From positions 96,001-160,000 of the forward strand of contig CAWDXE010000005.1 of NCBI GenBank assembly GCA_963806185.1: DNA of 64,000 nt. Reading direction: 5' to 3'. Each line of letters begins with the position of its first letter. The stretch's first letter is position 1. A program made the translations under genes and the position numbers. Shown here piece after piece: positions 42,986 to 52,589 of this stretch. Below the pieces are notes generated by a model. The model did not search any database. It was given only the letters and a program-made list of their open reading frames with translations, and had not been told where the DNA came from. This DNA comes from an uncultured candidate division Zixibacteria bacterium. GTDB lineage: Bacteria; Zixibacteria; MSB-5A5; GN15; FEB-12.

Positions 42986-44926
42986 TCACAGGAGTTCGGG
43001 CAGATTGCGGAATTGCTCCAGAGACGACGGATTGGCGAGGGCGTCGAGGTTAGTAACCTCCAGACCGTGCACGATGCGTTGGACGGCCAATTCGACCTTC
43101 TTCGCGTTGATCGTACGCGGGACTTCTTTGATCTGCAGAATGATCGCCGGGACGTGACGGGTCGTTGTCCGGCTGCGGATCGTCTCACGGATTTTCAGCT
43201 TCAGCGGTTCATCCAGAGTCAAACCCTCGCGCAAAACGACAAAGAGCACCACCCGGACATCGTTGCGATAATGCTGGCCGATGACAACCGAATCGACAAC
43301 GTCAGGCAGTGATTCCACCGGCGTGTAGATTTCCGCCGTACCGATACGCACGCCGCCGGGGTTCAGCGTGGCGTCGGAGCGACCATAGACAATCACCCCG
43401 CCATGCTTAGTGATCTTGATATAGTCGCCGTGACGCCAGACACCGGTGTACGTATCAAAATAGGCGGCACGATATTTCGCACCGTCCGGATCATTCCAGA
43501 ACGAAACCGGCATCGAGACAAACGGCGCGGTGCAGACCAGTTCGCCGACTTCATCAATGACCGGCCGACCGCGATCGTCGAACGTTTCGACACTCATGCC
43601 CAAGCCACGACACTGGATTTCCTCTGAGTAAACCGGCAGATTTGGATTGCCGAGCATGAAGCAGGAGATGATGTCGGTGCCTCCGGAGATTGATGATAGT
43701 TGAATATCGGATTTCACTTTGTGATAGACCCAGGCAAAATCATCAGCCGAAAGCGGCGAACCGGTGGACAAGATAGCGCGCAACGATGTCTGGTCGCAGG
43801 AATCCGACGGCCGGAATCCGGCGTGACGGCAGGACGACAGAAACTTTGGACTGGTGCCAAAGACCGTGATCTTGTGGTCGTCAACAGCCCGCCAGAGCAT
43901 CTCAATATCCGGATAGGCCGGACTGCCTTCATAGAGGAACAAAGTCGCGCCGACCTGCAGGCCACTGACCAGCCAGTTCCACATCATCCAGCCGCACGTG
44001 GTGAAGTAGAAGAGGACATCCTCGCGACCAAGGTCGGTGTGGTAGACATGTTCTTTGTAGTGCTGGAGGAGCGTCCCCCCTGCGCCGTGGACAATGCACT
44101 TCGGTTTGCCGGTGGTGCCGGACGAATACATGATGTAGACGGGGTGATCGAAGGGGAGTTGGGCGAAGGCAATTTCGGTGGCGGTTCGGTCGAGGAGATT
44201 GGGCCAGAGCATGTTGCTTCCGGAAACCTTCGGTGCCTCGGCCAGGAAGGGGACAATGATCGTATGTTGGACGCTGGGAATACTCGCGGCTATGTCATGA
44301 ACGCGATCGAGCAGGTGGTGAGCTTTTCCCTGATATGAGTAGCCGTCGGCAGCGATGAGAACTTTGGGTTCGATCTGGCTGAAACGGTCGAGCACGCCCT
44401 GCGCGCCGAAGTCGGGCGAACAGGAGGTCCAGAGGGCGCCGAGGGAGGTAGTGGCGAGCATGGCGATCGCGGTTTCGGGTATATTGGGCAAGTAGCCGGC
44501 GACGCGGTCCCCCTCCCCTACGCCTAGTTCGCGCAGGCCGGTGGCGCAGGCGGCGACCTGAGCGTAGAGTTCGCGATAGGTGAAGATCCGCACGGGGCGA
44601 TGTTCGCATTTGGCGATGATGGCAACCTGATCGTCGCGATACCTGAGGAGATTCTCGGCGAAGTTCAGTTTAGCATCGGTGAACCAGCGCGCGCCGGGCA
44701 TGGTAGCACGGGTCAGGACGCTGGTGTACGGTTGCGAATGGATGATCTCTGCATCCTGCCAGACCAGTTCCCAGAAGGCGGCTGGATCGGTGCACGACCA
44801 GGCGTGAAGTTGTTCGTAGTCGGCGAAAGATCGTCCGGCAGCGCGCTCGGCAAGGTGGGTGAACCGGGACATATGAGAGGCGATGACGCGGTCGGGCGAC
44901 GGTGTCCAGAGGGGGAGTTCGGTCAT
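42986..44926 (-). CDS. aacS: Acetoacetate--CoA ligase
   Basis: LNFAENLL, SSGTTGKPKCIVH, FTTCGWMMWNW, SISGGTDI, GRSDATLNPGGVRIGTAEIY. Confidence 0.95.
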   Translation of the reverse strand: MTELPLWTPSPDRVIASHMSRFTHLAERAAGRSFADYEQLHAWSCTDPAAFWELVWQDAEIIHSQPYTSVLTRATMPGARWFTDAKLNFAENLLRYRDDQVAIIAKCEHRPVRIFTYRELYAQVAACATGLRELGVGEGDRVAGYLPNIPETAIAMLATTSLGALWTSCSPDFGAQGVLDRFSQIEPKVLIAADGYSYQGKAHHLLDRVHDIAASIPSVQHTIIVPFLAEAPKVSGSNMLWPNLLDRTATEIAFAQLPFDHPVYIMYSSGTTGKPKCIVHGAGGTLLQHYKEHVYHTDLGREDVLFYFTTCGWMMWNWLVSGLQVGATLFLYEGSPAYPDIEMLWRAVDDHKITVFGTSPKFLSSCRHAGFRPSDSCDQTSLRAILSTGSPLSADDFAWVYHKVKSDIQLSSISGGTDIISCFMLGNPNLPVYSEEIQCRGLGMSVETFDDRGRPVIDEVGELVCTAPFVSMPVSFWNDPDGAKYRAAYFDTYTGVWRHGDYIKITKHGGVIVYGRSDATLNPGGVRIGTAEIYTPVESLPDVVDSVVIGQHYRNDVRVVLFVVLREGLTLDEPLKLKIRETIRSRTTTRHVPAIILQIKEVPRTINAKKVELAVQRIVHGLEVTNLDALANPSSLEQFRNLPELL

Positions 44927-44938
44927 AGCACGATTAGA

Positions 44939-45913
44939 TCAGCGGCGTCCGTGGCGGACTCGTTCAGCAAACAGGGCGACTTTCCAGGCAAATTCAGTAT
45001 CGTCGTAGTCGAGCGCACGGCGGGCGGTCAGGTCGAACAGGCAGTCGGAGGCGGGATGATCATTGCGAAGCAGAGCAAAGGCGGCCCGGAGCATGTGCGG
45101 ATATTCGCCCAAACGTTCGTAGCGATGGAACGATTCAAGTGATTCATCGGCGGCCGGGACCGATTCAATGAGAGCGTCGATTTCGGAATCGGTTGGCATG
45201 GTCATCGTATTGCCGAACTGCGCGATATTGTTCGCGGTGAAGATATCTGATTTGCGAATGAATTCGGGCAGGGCATCGTAGCCGATCCCTTTTCGCTCGA
45301 TCGGCTTTTTCACTTTGAAAATCGCGCTCCCTACCGCACGGCAGTAGTAGTCGCCGCTCATACGGGCGACCAGGTCGATGCGCTGGGGGTCGATGACGCC
45401 GTTGACAATGATATCCTCGGCCACGTGGAATTTGACCACCTCGCAGATAGCCAGGTTGCCGGAGCCGTGCTTTTCGCCCAGCGTGATCATCTGACGCAAG
45501 ACACACTCCATCTGGAAGGGAGATTGGGCAACGCGCGAAGGACGCACGAGGTCGGAAGGAACCGGAGTCAGGCCGGACTTGGTGAATTCGTTGACGCCGG
45601 TCGGGTATTCGGTGGAAGCGAGGCTGACTTGCTGGACCATGTCGTAGGTGACGGCGTTGATGACGCACTCTTTGGTCGCGAGAAGGTTGGTGTAGGTGTC
45701 CTTGGTGCTGCCATCGCGGACACGTCGCGACGGTGAGAAGGCGACGGTGGGAGGATTGGCGCCGAAAGCGTTGAAAAAGGAAAAGGGGGACAAATTCGGC
45801 AGTCCGTCCAACGCACAAGTAGAGACCAGGGCGATGGGGCGCGGGCCGACACCGCCGAGGAGAAAGTTCTGGACGTCCTTAATGGGGACGTCACCCGGGA
45901 TAACGTGGAGCAT
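44939..45913 (-). CDS. Flavin reductase family protein
   Basis: PRPIALVST, NLSPFSFFN, ECVIN, QMEC; the ORF-track extension to 46084 is REP DNA. Confidence 0.9.
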   Translation of the reverse strand: MLHVIPGDVPIKDVQNFLLGGVGPRPIALVSTCALDGLPNLSPFSFFNAFGANPPTVAFSPSRRVRDGSTKDTYTNLLATKECVINAVTYDMVQQVSLASTEYPTGVNEFTKSGLTPVPSDLVRPSRVAQSPFQMECVLRQMITLGEKHGSGNLAICEVVKFHVAEDIIVNGVIDPQRIDLVARMSGDYYCRAVGSAIFKVKKPIERKGIGYDALPEFIRKSDIFTANNIAQFGNTMTMPTDSEIDALIESVPAADESLESFHRYERLGEYPHMLRAAFALLRNDHPASDCLFDLTARRALDYDDTEFAWKVALFAERVRHGRR

Positions 45914-45964
45914 GGGAGTATGTAATCGCCGGCGGGGTAGTTTGGCAAGCGGTTTTGTTTCGGT

Positions 45965-46680
45965 CACTCGCCTACGGGCCCTCACCCCGGCTCTCTCCCG
46001 GGGGGAGGGAGTAAGAATAGCGTGTGAAGCCTTACAGTCAGGCTCGCAGGGAGCCTGACCTTTCCGGACACGCGCTAATGCCATGCCCTACCGGCCCTCA
46101 CCCCAGCCCTGTAGGGCTAACCCCATTGTCCATTTATCAAGGCGTTTGCCATATTCTCTTCTCGACTTTACGCTTGGCGGACCCCTTGATGAATTGAAAA
46201 TGGGGTCCGCCCTACTCGTTCTACTACCGGCCCTCACCTCAGCCCTCTCCCAGAGGGAGAAGGAGAAAAAGCAGCACGTGAGGTTGAGAGTATTTGCGCA
46301 AGACGGAATGAGGGCCCCATGGATTCCGGACCGGGTGTCCGGAATGACAATGATGCAAGGGTTCTTCACTCTGAGATTCCGGACCTTCGGTCCGGAATGA
46401 CAATGCAAGAAGCATGTTTTGGGTCGGCTGGCGCACGAGACGTACGCCAGCCACAGGATTTAAATGAAAGGTGCGGTCAGGCACGAAGGCCTGACCGCAC
46501 ACGTATTCGGTCTCGTCTGCGCCCGACCCGGCGGAGTGCGGCGATGAGAGATTATTGTGCGAAATGAAAAGGGCAAACCCCTTGTTAAATAGAAAATGGG
46601 GTTTGCCCTACGCCTGCTGTCAGGCTCGCAGGGAGCCTGACCTACTGTCTATCTTCAGGGGCGCAAGGCCCCTGACCTAC
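45965..46680. repeat. Large mosaic REP-like cluster downstream of glmS
   Basis: Family A at 46111-46150, about 46176-46214 and 46571-46611; GGATTCCGGACC..GTCCGGAATGAC at 46321 and 46375; GTCAGGCTCGCAGGGAGCCTGACC at 46037 and 46619; CCCTCACC..GGGAG at 45979 and 46230. Confidence 0.88.
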
Positions 46681-48507
46681 CTATTCGACGGTGACGGATT
46701 TGGCGAGGTTGCGCGGTTGGTCGACATGGCAGCCGCGCATAACGGCTATATGATACGCCAGCAGCTGCAGCGGAATCACCGACAGGAGCGGGGTCAACAA
46801 ACGGAAGGTCGGCGGAACGTAGATGACGTGATTGACGTGTTCGGCGATTTCGTGGTCACCCTCAGTGGCTATGGCGATCACCTGACCCTGACGGGCACGG
46901 ACCTCGGAAATGTTGGACATAACCTTGTCATAGACGGGATCTTTCAAGGCGATAACGACCACCGGCATATTTTCGTCGATCAAGGCGATCGGGCCGTGCT
47001 TCATTTCGGCCGCCGGATACCCCTCGGCGTGAATGTAGGAGATTTCCTTGAGTTTCAACGCACCCTCGAGCGCGACCGGGAAATTAATGCCGCGGCCGAG
47101 GTAGAGGAAGTTGTTCGCCTTATAATAGGCCGCAGCGATCTTCTTGATCGATTCCTCGGTTGATAGAATCCGTTCGATCTGTGCGGGGATCTGATTCATG
47201 GCGTCGATCATTTCGCGGCCCTGTTGCATAGACCAGGAGCGCATCCGGCCCATCAGATTGGCGATCAGCGCGAGGACCATAACCTGCGAAGTGAAGGCCT
47301 TGGTGGAGGCAACACCGATTTCGGGGCCGGCGTGAATATACACGCCGCCGTCGGACTCACGAGCGATGGTCGAACCGACCACGTTGACAATGCCGAGCGC
47401 AGTGGCGCCATGTTTCTTGGCTTCGCGCATGGCGGCCAGCGTGTCCGCGGTTTCGCCGGATTGGGAAATGGCAAGTAGGATGGTGTGATCGTCGATGATC
47501 GGCGAGCGATAACGGAATTCGGAAGCGTACTCGACCTCGACGGGCACGCGGGCAACTTCCTCGATCAGGTATTTCCCGATGAGCGAGGAATGCCACGACG
47601 TCCCGCAGGCGGTGATAATGATGCGCTTGATGCGGAGCAATTCGTCGTACTGCAGGTTAAGGCCGTTGAGACGAGCGACGCCGTCATCGAAATTCAACCG
47701 ACCGCGAATAGCATTGCGGAGCGTGCTCGGCTGTTCGTGGATTTCCTTCAGCATGAAGTGATCATAGCCGCTCTTTTCGATTTGGTCGAGCGACCAGGAA
47801 ATCTCTTCGATGGTGGGCGAGATTTTTACGTTGTGAATGGTCGTGATCTGGTAATCAGTCGGCGTAATGGTCGCGATTTCGCCGTCCTCGAGATAGACCA
47901 CGCGATTGGTATATTCGAGCATGGCGCTGACGTCGGAGGCCAGGAAATTCTCATCATCGCCATGACCGATGACCAGCGGCGAGCCCATGCGGGCGGCGAC
48001 AATCTGGTTGGGGTGCAGCGAAGAGACGACGGCGATACCGTAGGTTCCCTCCACCTGAGTAAGGGCGGCGCGAACCGCCTCAGTCAGGTCACCCTTGTAA
48101 TTGAGATGGATAAGGTGAACCAGGATTTCCGTATCGGTTTCAGTCTTGATGACGTAGCCGGCGCGAACCAGGTACTCTTTCAGGGTACGGTAATTTTCGA
48201 TAATACCGTTGTGAACCAGGGCGATTTCGCAATTCTCGTCGGTGTGAGGGTGGGCGTTCACCTGGTTTGGTTCGCCGTGAGTGGCCCAGCGGGTATGCGC
48301 GATACCGTGAGTGGCGTTTAATTCCAGTCCGGAGAGAGCCGCTTCGAGTTGAGCGATCTTCCCCACCGACTTGGAAACAAACAGACCGTCGGGATCGAGC
48401 AGGGCGATACCGGCCGAATCGTAACCGCGGTATTCAAGCCGCTTAAGGCCGTTGAGAAGTACCGGTACTGCTTTTCTTGGTCCTACGTATCCTACAATTC
48501 CGCACAT
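46681..48507 (-). CDS. glmS: Glutamine--fructose-6-phosphate transaminase
   Basis: MCGIVG, RLEYRGYDSAG, HTRWATHG, SQSGETADT, VDQPRNLAKSVTVE. Confidence 0.99.
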   Translation of the reverse strand: MCGIVGYVGPRKAVPVLLNGLKRLEYRGYDSAGIALLDPDGLFVSKSVGKIAQLEAALSGLELNATHGIAHTRWATHGEPNQVNAHPHTDENCEIALVHNGIIENYRTLKEYLVRAGYVIKTETDTEILVHLIHLNYKGDLTEAVRAALTQVEGTYGIAVVSSLHPNQIVAARMGSPLVIGHGDDENFLASDVSAMLEYTNRVVYLEDGEIATITPTDYQITTIHNVKISPTIEEISWSLDQIEKSGYDHFMLKEIHEQPSTLRNAIRGRLNFDDGVARLNGLNLQYDELLRIKRIIITACGTSWHSSLIGKYLIEEVARVPVEVEYASEFRYRSPIIDDHTILLAISQSGETADTLAAMREAKKHGATALGIVNVVGSTIARESDGGVYIHAGPEIGVASTKAFTSQVMVLALIANLMGRMRSWSMQQGREMIDAMNQIPAQIERILSTEESIKKIAAAYYKANNFLYLGRGINFPVALEGALKLKEISYIHAEGYPAAEMKHGPIALIDENMPVVVIALKDPVYDKVMSNISEVRARQGQVIAIATEGDHEIAEHVNHVIYVPPTFRLLTPLLSVIPLQLLAYHIAVMRGCHVDQPRNLAKSVTVE

Positions 48508-48521
48508 GGGAGTTCCTCGTT

Positions 48522-49880
48522 CTAGGCAAAAAACCGCATGACCTGCCTGGTCAAGTTATCGGTCAAAGATTGATCGTTTGTCTCTACTATACATCGGAAG
48601 ATCGGCTCGGTATTTGACGAGCGGAGCTGGAGCCAGCCACGGTCAAAATCGAAGCGGAGACCGTCGCGACGGTCAAGATTGTATGTTCCAAGAAGGTTCA
48701 TGGCGGTTGTTTCGAAGTCCTGCAGTCGTTTGATAAAATCACCCGGGAGAGCTGCTTTGGCTTTTATAGTATAGTACCGGGGAAAGGTTTCAGCAAGACG
48801 GCTCAAGGTGGTCCTGGTTTCGGCCAGGGCAGTCAATACCAAGGCGGCGGCGACCAATGAATCCCGGCCGGCATGGAACGAAGGGTAGATCACGCCGCCG
48901 TTGCCTTCGCCGCCGATGACGGCTCGCTTTAACCTCATCATTTCCACCACGTTAGACTCCCCCACCCGGGAATAGAACACTTTCGAGCCGTGTTGAGCGG
49001 CAACGTCAGCGGTAGTGCGCGAGGTCGAGAGGTTTATCACGGTGGGGCCCTTTGTTTTCCTTAAAACACCCATAACCGCGATGGTGAGCGTTAGTTCCTC
49101 GCTGATGGCCTCTCCCTTATCGTTGATGAGCGCCAACCGGTCGGCATCGGGATCACAAGCCATGCCGAGATCGGCCTTATGTTTTTTGACCGCTTTCGCG
49201 AGGCCGGTCAAATTTCTGGGAGTGGGCTCCGGTTCGTGCACGAAGTTGCCATCACCGTCGCAATTGAGCTTGATGACTTTCACCCCCAACTTTTCCAGAA
49301 GCATGGGAAGCGCGAGGGAGCCGGCGCCATTGATGGCGTCGACAACCACTCTGAATTTGCGTCGCCTGATGGCACTCCGATTCACGGTTTTCAGAGCAAG
49401 CGTTTTTGCGACATGTTTCTCGATCCAATTGCTCTGGCGAGTGATTTTGCCGAGCCGATCATGCGGGACGAGGTTGAATTTACCCGACTCGAAAATCTCG
49501 TTGAGCTGCTTATACTCGTCGGGGGTAATGAATTCGCCGCGTTTGTTGAAAAACTTGAGGGCATTCCACTTGATCGGATTATGCGATGCGGTTACACAGA
49601 TACCGCCGATGGCTTTCAATTCCTTGACGGCGATTTCGACGGTCGGGGTCGGGACGATGCCGATGTCGATGACGTCGATGCCGGTGGCGATGAGGCCGGC
49701 AACGACAGCCTGCTGGACCATTTCGCCGGAGGGCCGACTATCGCGGCCGATGACCAGTGTACCCTTTTTGAGAAACGTGCCGAACGCGCAGCCGTAGGCG
49801 GTGATCATGGTTGGATCAAGACCGTTGCCGACAACACCGCGAATTCCTGAGGTAGATTTTACCAGTTCGATTTGGTTCAT
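48522..49880 (-). CDS. glmM: Phosphoglucosamine mutase / alpha-D-phosphohexomutase
   Basis: SGIRG, TASHNP, DPDADR, GGEGNGG, RSSNTEP; directly upstream of glmS. Confidence 0.85.
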   Translation of the reverse strand: MNQIELVKSTSGIRGVVGNGLDPTMITAYGCAFGTFLKKGTLVIGRDSRPSGEMVQQAVVAGLIATGIDVIDIGIVPTPTVEIAVKELKAIGGICVTASHNPIKWNALKFFNKRGEFITPDEYKQLNEIFESGKFNLVPHDRLGKITRQSNWIEKHVAKTLALKTVNRSAIRRRKFRVVVDAINGAGSLALPMLLEKLGVKVIKLNCDGDGNFVHEPEPTPRNLTGLAKAVKKHKADLGMACDPDADRLALINDKGEAISEELTLTIAVMGVLRKTKGPTVINLSTSRTTADVAAQHGSKVFYSRVGESNVVEMMRLKRAVIGGEGNGGVIYPSFHAGRDSLVAAALVLTALAETRTTLSRLAETFPRYYTIKAKAALPGDFIKRLQDFETTAMNLLGTYNLDRRDGLRFDFDRGWLQLRSSNTEPIFRCIVETNDQSLTDNLTRQVMRFFA

Positions 49881-49941
49881 GATGATAATATCGGATGTTC
49901 TATGTTAAAGAGTAGTCAAAACTCGGGTCAATTCTCGTCAA

Positions 49942-50775
49942 TTATCGCCGCGCACGAGGTGTGCGACGAGCGGTGCTTTTGCTATGTGGAACGCCGGAAA
50001 GAACGGCCATCATGGCGTTGTGCAGATGAGTATTGGAAGCGAGGAGGTCGCGGTCGAAGATGGAATAGGGGCGGCCGTCGATGCGGGAGAGTCTCCCCCC
50101 GGCTTCGCTGACCAACACGCTCGCCGCGGCGGTGTCCCACGGGTGCAATTTTAATTCCCAGAAGCCGTCGACTCGGCCCGCGGCGAGCCAGCAGAGATCG
50201 ATCGCGGCCGAACCGGGACGGCGGATACCCTGTGCCTGCTTCGCCATGCGCGCGAAGAGGCCAAGGTTGTTGCGGCGGGCGGTGCCGATGTCGTAGGCAA
50301 AGCCGGTCGCCAGCAGGGCGCGATGGAGTGATTTCTCGCCGCTGACGTGCAGACGGCGGCCGTTGCAGAAAGCGCCGCCGCCGGCGACGGCATGGAATAA
50401 CTCATCGCGCTCCGGATCATAGACCACGCCCAGCAGCGGCTGCCCGGCCAGTTCAACGCCGATGGAAACGCAGTAGACGGGGAAGCCGTGGGCAAAATTG
50501 ACGGTACCGTCGAGGGGATCGATGATGAAGCGTAAGTCGGCATTCCCCTGCTGATGCGGAGTCTCTTCGGTGATGATGGCAGCCCCGGCGTAGTGACGGC
50601 GGATTTCGCCGACGACGTATTTCTCCGACTTGAGGTCGAATTCGGTGACGGGGTCAATGCGCCCTTTGTACCGGATGCCCATTGTCCGCGTGAAGCCGGA
50701 TTTGAGGATTTTGCCGGCGCCTCGAGCTGTGGCGGCGGTGAATTTCAGCAAGTCGTTCTTCAGCGCAGAATTCAT
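49942..50775 (-). CDS. suhB: Inositol monophosphatase family protein
   Basis: IIDPLDGTVNFAHG, RRPGSAAIDL, LHPWDTAA. Confidence 0.92.
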   Translation of the reverse strand: MNSALKNDLLKFTAATARGAGKILKSGFTRTMGIRYKGRIDPVTEFDLKSEKYVVGEIRRHYAGAAIITEETPHQQGNADLRFIIDPLDGTVNFAHGFPVYCVSIGVELAGQPLLGVVYDPERDELFHAVAGGGAFCNGRRLHVSGEKSLHRALLATGFAYDIGTARRNNLGLFARMAKQAQGIRRPGSAAIDLCWLAAGRVDGFWELKLHPWDTAAASVLVSEAGGRLSRIDGRPYSIFDRDLLASNTHLHNAMMAVLSGVPHSKSTARRTPRARR

Positions 50776-50780
50776 GAGCG

Positions 50781-52589
50781 TTATTTCGCGACCGAGGCAT
50801 CGGCCGGGTGAGCGGTCTGTTTTTTGTACTGCATCTGGTAGAGCTTGTGGTAAATCCCGCGCTTCTGCAAGAGTTCAGCATGGGTGCCCATTTCGCGCAA
50901 TTCGCCGTGATGGAGGACGATGATCTTGTCGGCCTTTTCGATTGTGGAGAGGCGGTGGGCGATGACGATCGAGGTTCGTTCGCGGAGGAGTTCGTCGAGG
51001 GCGGTCTGGATGAGTCTTTCGGTTTCGGTGTCGACCGAACTGGTGGCCTCATCGAGAATGAGCAGATCGGGATTAAACGCCAGTGCCCGGGCAAAGGACA
51101 GCAGTTGTTTCTGCCCGGTGGAAAGAGTGGCGCCGCGCTCCTGAATGGCGGTGTGGATGCCGTCGGGCATACGGTCGAAAAACCGGTCGTAGCCGACCCG
51201 CTTGAGGGCATCGATCACTTGTTCGTCGGTGATATCCTTATTGCGCAAGCGGACGTTGCCGGCGAAGTCACCGCTGAACAAATAGACATCCTGCAAAACG
51301 AGCGCGAGGTGAGAGCGGAGATTGTCGACGTCGATCTGCTTCAACTCGACGCCGTCGATACGAATGCTCCCTTTCTGATAATCATAGAAGCGATAGAGGA
51401 GCGAAATGAGGGAGCTCTTCCCCGCGCCCGTGGCGCCGACGACGGCGATCTTCTGTTTCGGCTCGACGGTGAAGCTTATATTTTTCAGCACCCAATCTTC
51501 CTTGTTGTAGGCGAACCAGAGATTGTCGAATTCAATGCGCCCTTCGAATGCTTCAATTTTGCGGGCGCCGACCGGCGTGGCGAGGGCGGGAGGCGTGTCG
51601 AGAATCTGGAAGATACGCTCGGACGAAGCCATGGAGGCCTGGAGGATATTGTATTTTTCGCTCAGGTCCTGAATGGGTCGGTAGAAGCGCTGGACGAGCT
51701 GCAGGAAGGCGACGAGTTCGCCGAAGGTCAACAGGCCCTCCTGGATGCTGAAGCCGCCGAAATAGAGCAGCAGCCCGGTCGACAGCACGCCGATGAATTC
51801 AACCGCCGGATAGAAGACGGCGTAGTAATAGACCGAGCGGAAGTGCTGGTTGCGGAGGTCGGCGTTGATATCGTCAAAGCGCTTATAGGTGCGATCCTCC
51901 TGCGCGAAGAGCTGGACAATGCGAATGCCGGTCAGGTGCTCCTGCAAAAAGGCGTTAAGACGGGCGACCTTGATGCGGACCTCGCGGTAGACGTCGCGGA
52001 CTTTCGCGCGAAAGACGAAGATGGCGGCAATCAGAATCGGCAGCACTGAGAAGGTCACCAGCGCCAGACGCCAGTTGTAGTAGAGCATGGCGCCGACGAT
52101 GAGGAGAAGGGTGAATACGTCACCGATGATGGTGACGACACCCGAAGAGAAGAGTTCGTCGAGGACGTTCACGTCGCTGGTCACGCGGGTCAACAGGCGA
52201 CCGACAGGGTTCTTGTCAAAATAGCCGAGGTGCAGTTTCTGCAGATGGCGGTAGATCTGCATACGCATGTCGTACTGCACCTTCTGGCCGAGGACCATGG
52301 TGATGTAGGTCTGACCATACGATGCGCCGAAGGTAATGAGCATGACCACCAGGTAGGCGAGGACGATCATCAGAAAACCGTTAGGGTCGCCGACCTTGAT
52401 GTAGTCGTCGATGCCGATCTGCACGAGAAAAGTGAGGGCAATCTGCGTGATCGAGCCGAGCAGGAGCAAAAAGACGGCGAGTGACACCGACGCCTTATAG
52501 GGGCGGATGTAGGTGAGCAGCCGTCGCATGAGGCGGTTGTCGTAGGCCTTGCCGAGGGCTTCTTCTTCGTGCAGAGTCGGTTCAGCCAT
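50781..52589 (-). CDS. ABC exporter, fused TMD-NBD (heterodimer subunit, canonical Walker B)
   Basis: GATGAGKS, LSTGQKQ, ILDEATS, IAHRLS. Confidence 0.95.
   Translation of the reverse strand: MAEPTLHEEEALGKAYDNRLMRRLLTYIRPYKASVSLAVFLLLLGSITQIALTFLVQIGIDDYIKVGDPNGFLMIVLAYLVVMLITFGASYGQTYITMVLGQKVQYDMRMQIYRHLQKLHLGYFDKNPVGRLLTRVTSDVNVLDELFSSGVVTIIGDVFTLLLIVGAMLYYNWRLALVTFSVLPILIAAIFVFRAKVRDVYREVRIKVARLNAFLQEHLTGIRIVQLFAQEDRTYKRFDDINADLRNQHFRSVYYYAVFYPAVEFIGVLSTGLLLYFGGFSIQEGLLTFGELVAFLQLVQRFYRPIQDLSEKYNILQASMASSERIFQILDTPPALATPVGARKIEAFEGRIEFDNLWFAYNKEDWVLKNISFTVEPKQKIAVVGATGAGKSSLISLLYRFYDYQKGSIRIDGVELKQIDVDNLRSHLALVLQDVYLFSGDFAGNVRLRNKDITDEQVIDALKRVGYDRFFDRMPDGIHTAIQERGATLSTGQKQLLSFARALAFNPDLLILDEATSSVDTETERLIQTALDELLRERTSIVIAHRLSTIEKADKIIVLHHGELREMGTHAELLQKRGIYHKLYQMQYKKQTAHPADASVAK

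Noticed and set aside
42595..43188. ORFs with VIPAKAGIQ / VIPPLF or PHPGPLP peptides (also 36043-36345 and 46088-46408)
   Set aside because: These are translations of REP-like palindromes, not real genes
48508..48521. glmS ribozyme
   Set aside because: Only 14 bp separate glmM and glmS
50808..52049. 413-aa + strand ORF, and similar long antisense ORFs (11344-12489, 10583-11422, 38755-39702, 47485-48321)
   Set aside because: Antisense shadows of well-supported genes, expected in high-GC DNA; no recognisable motifs
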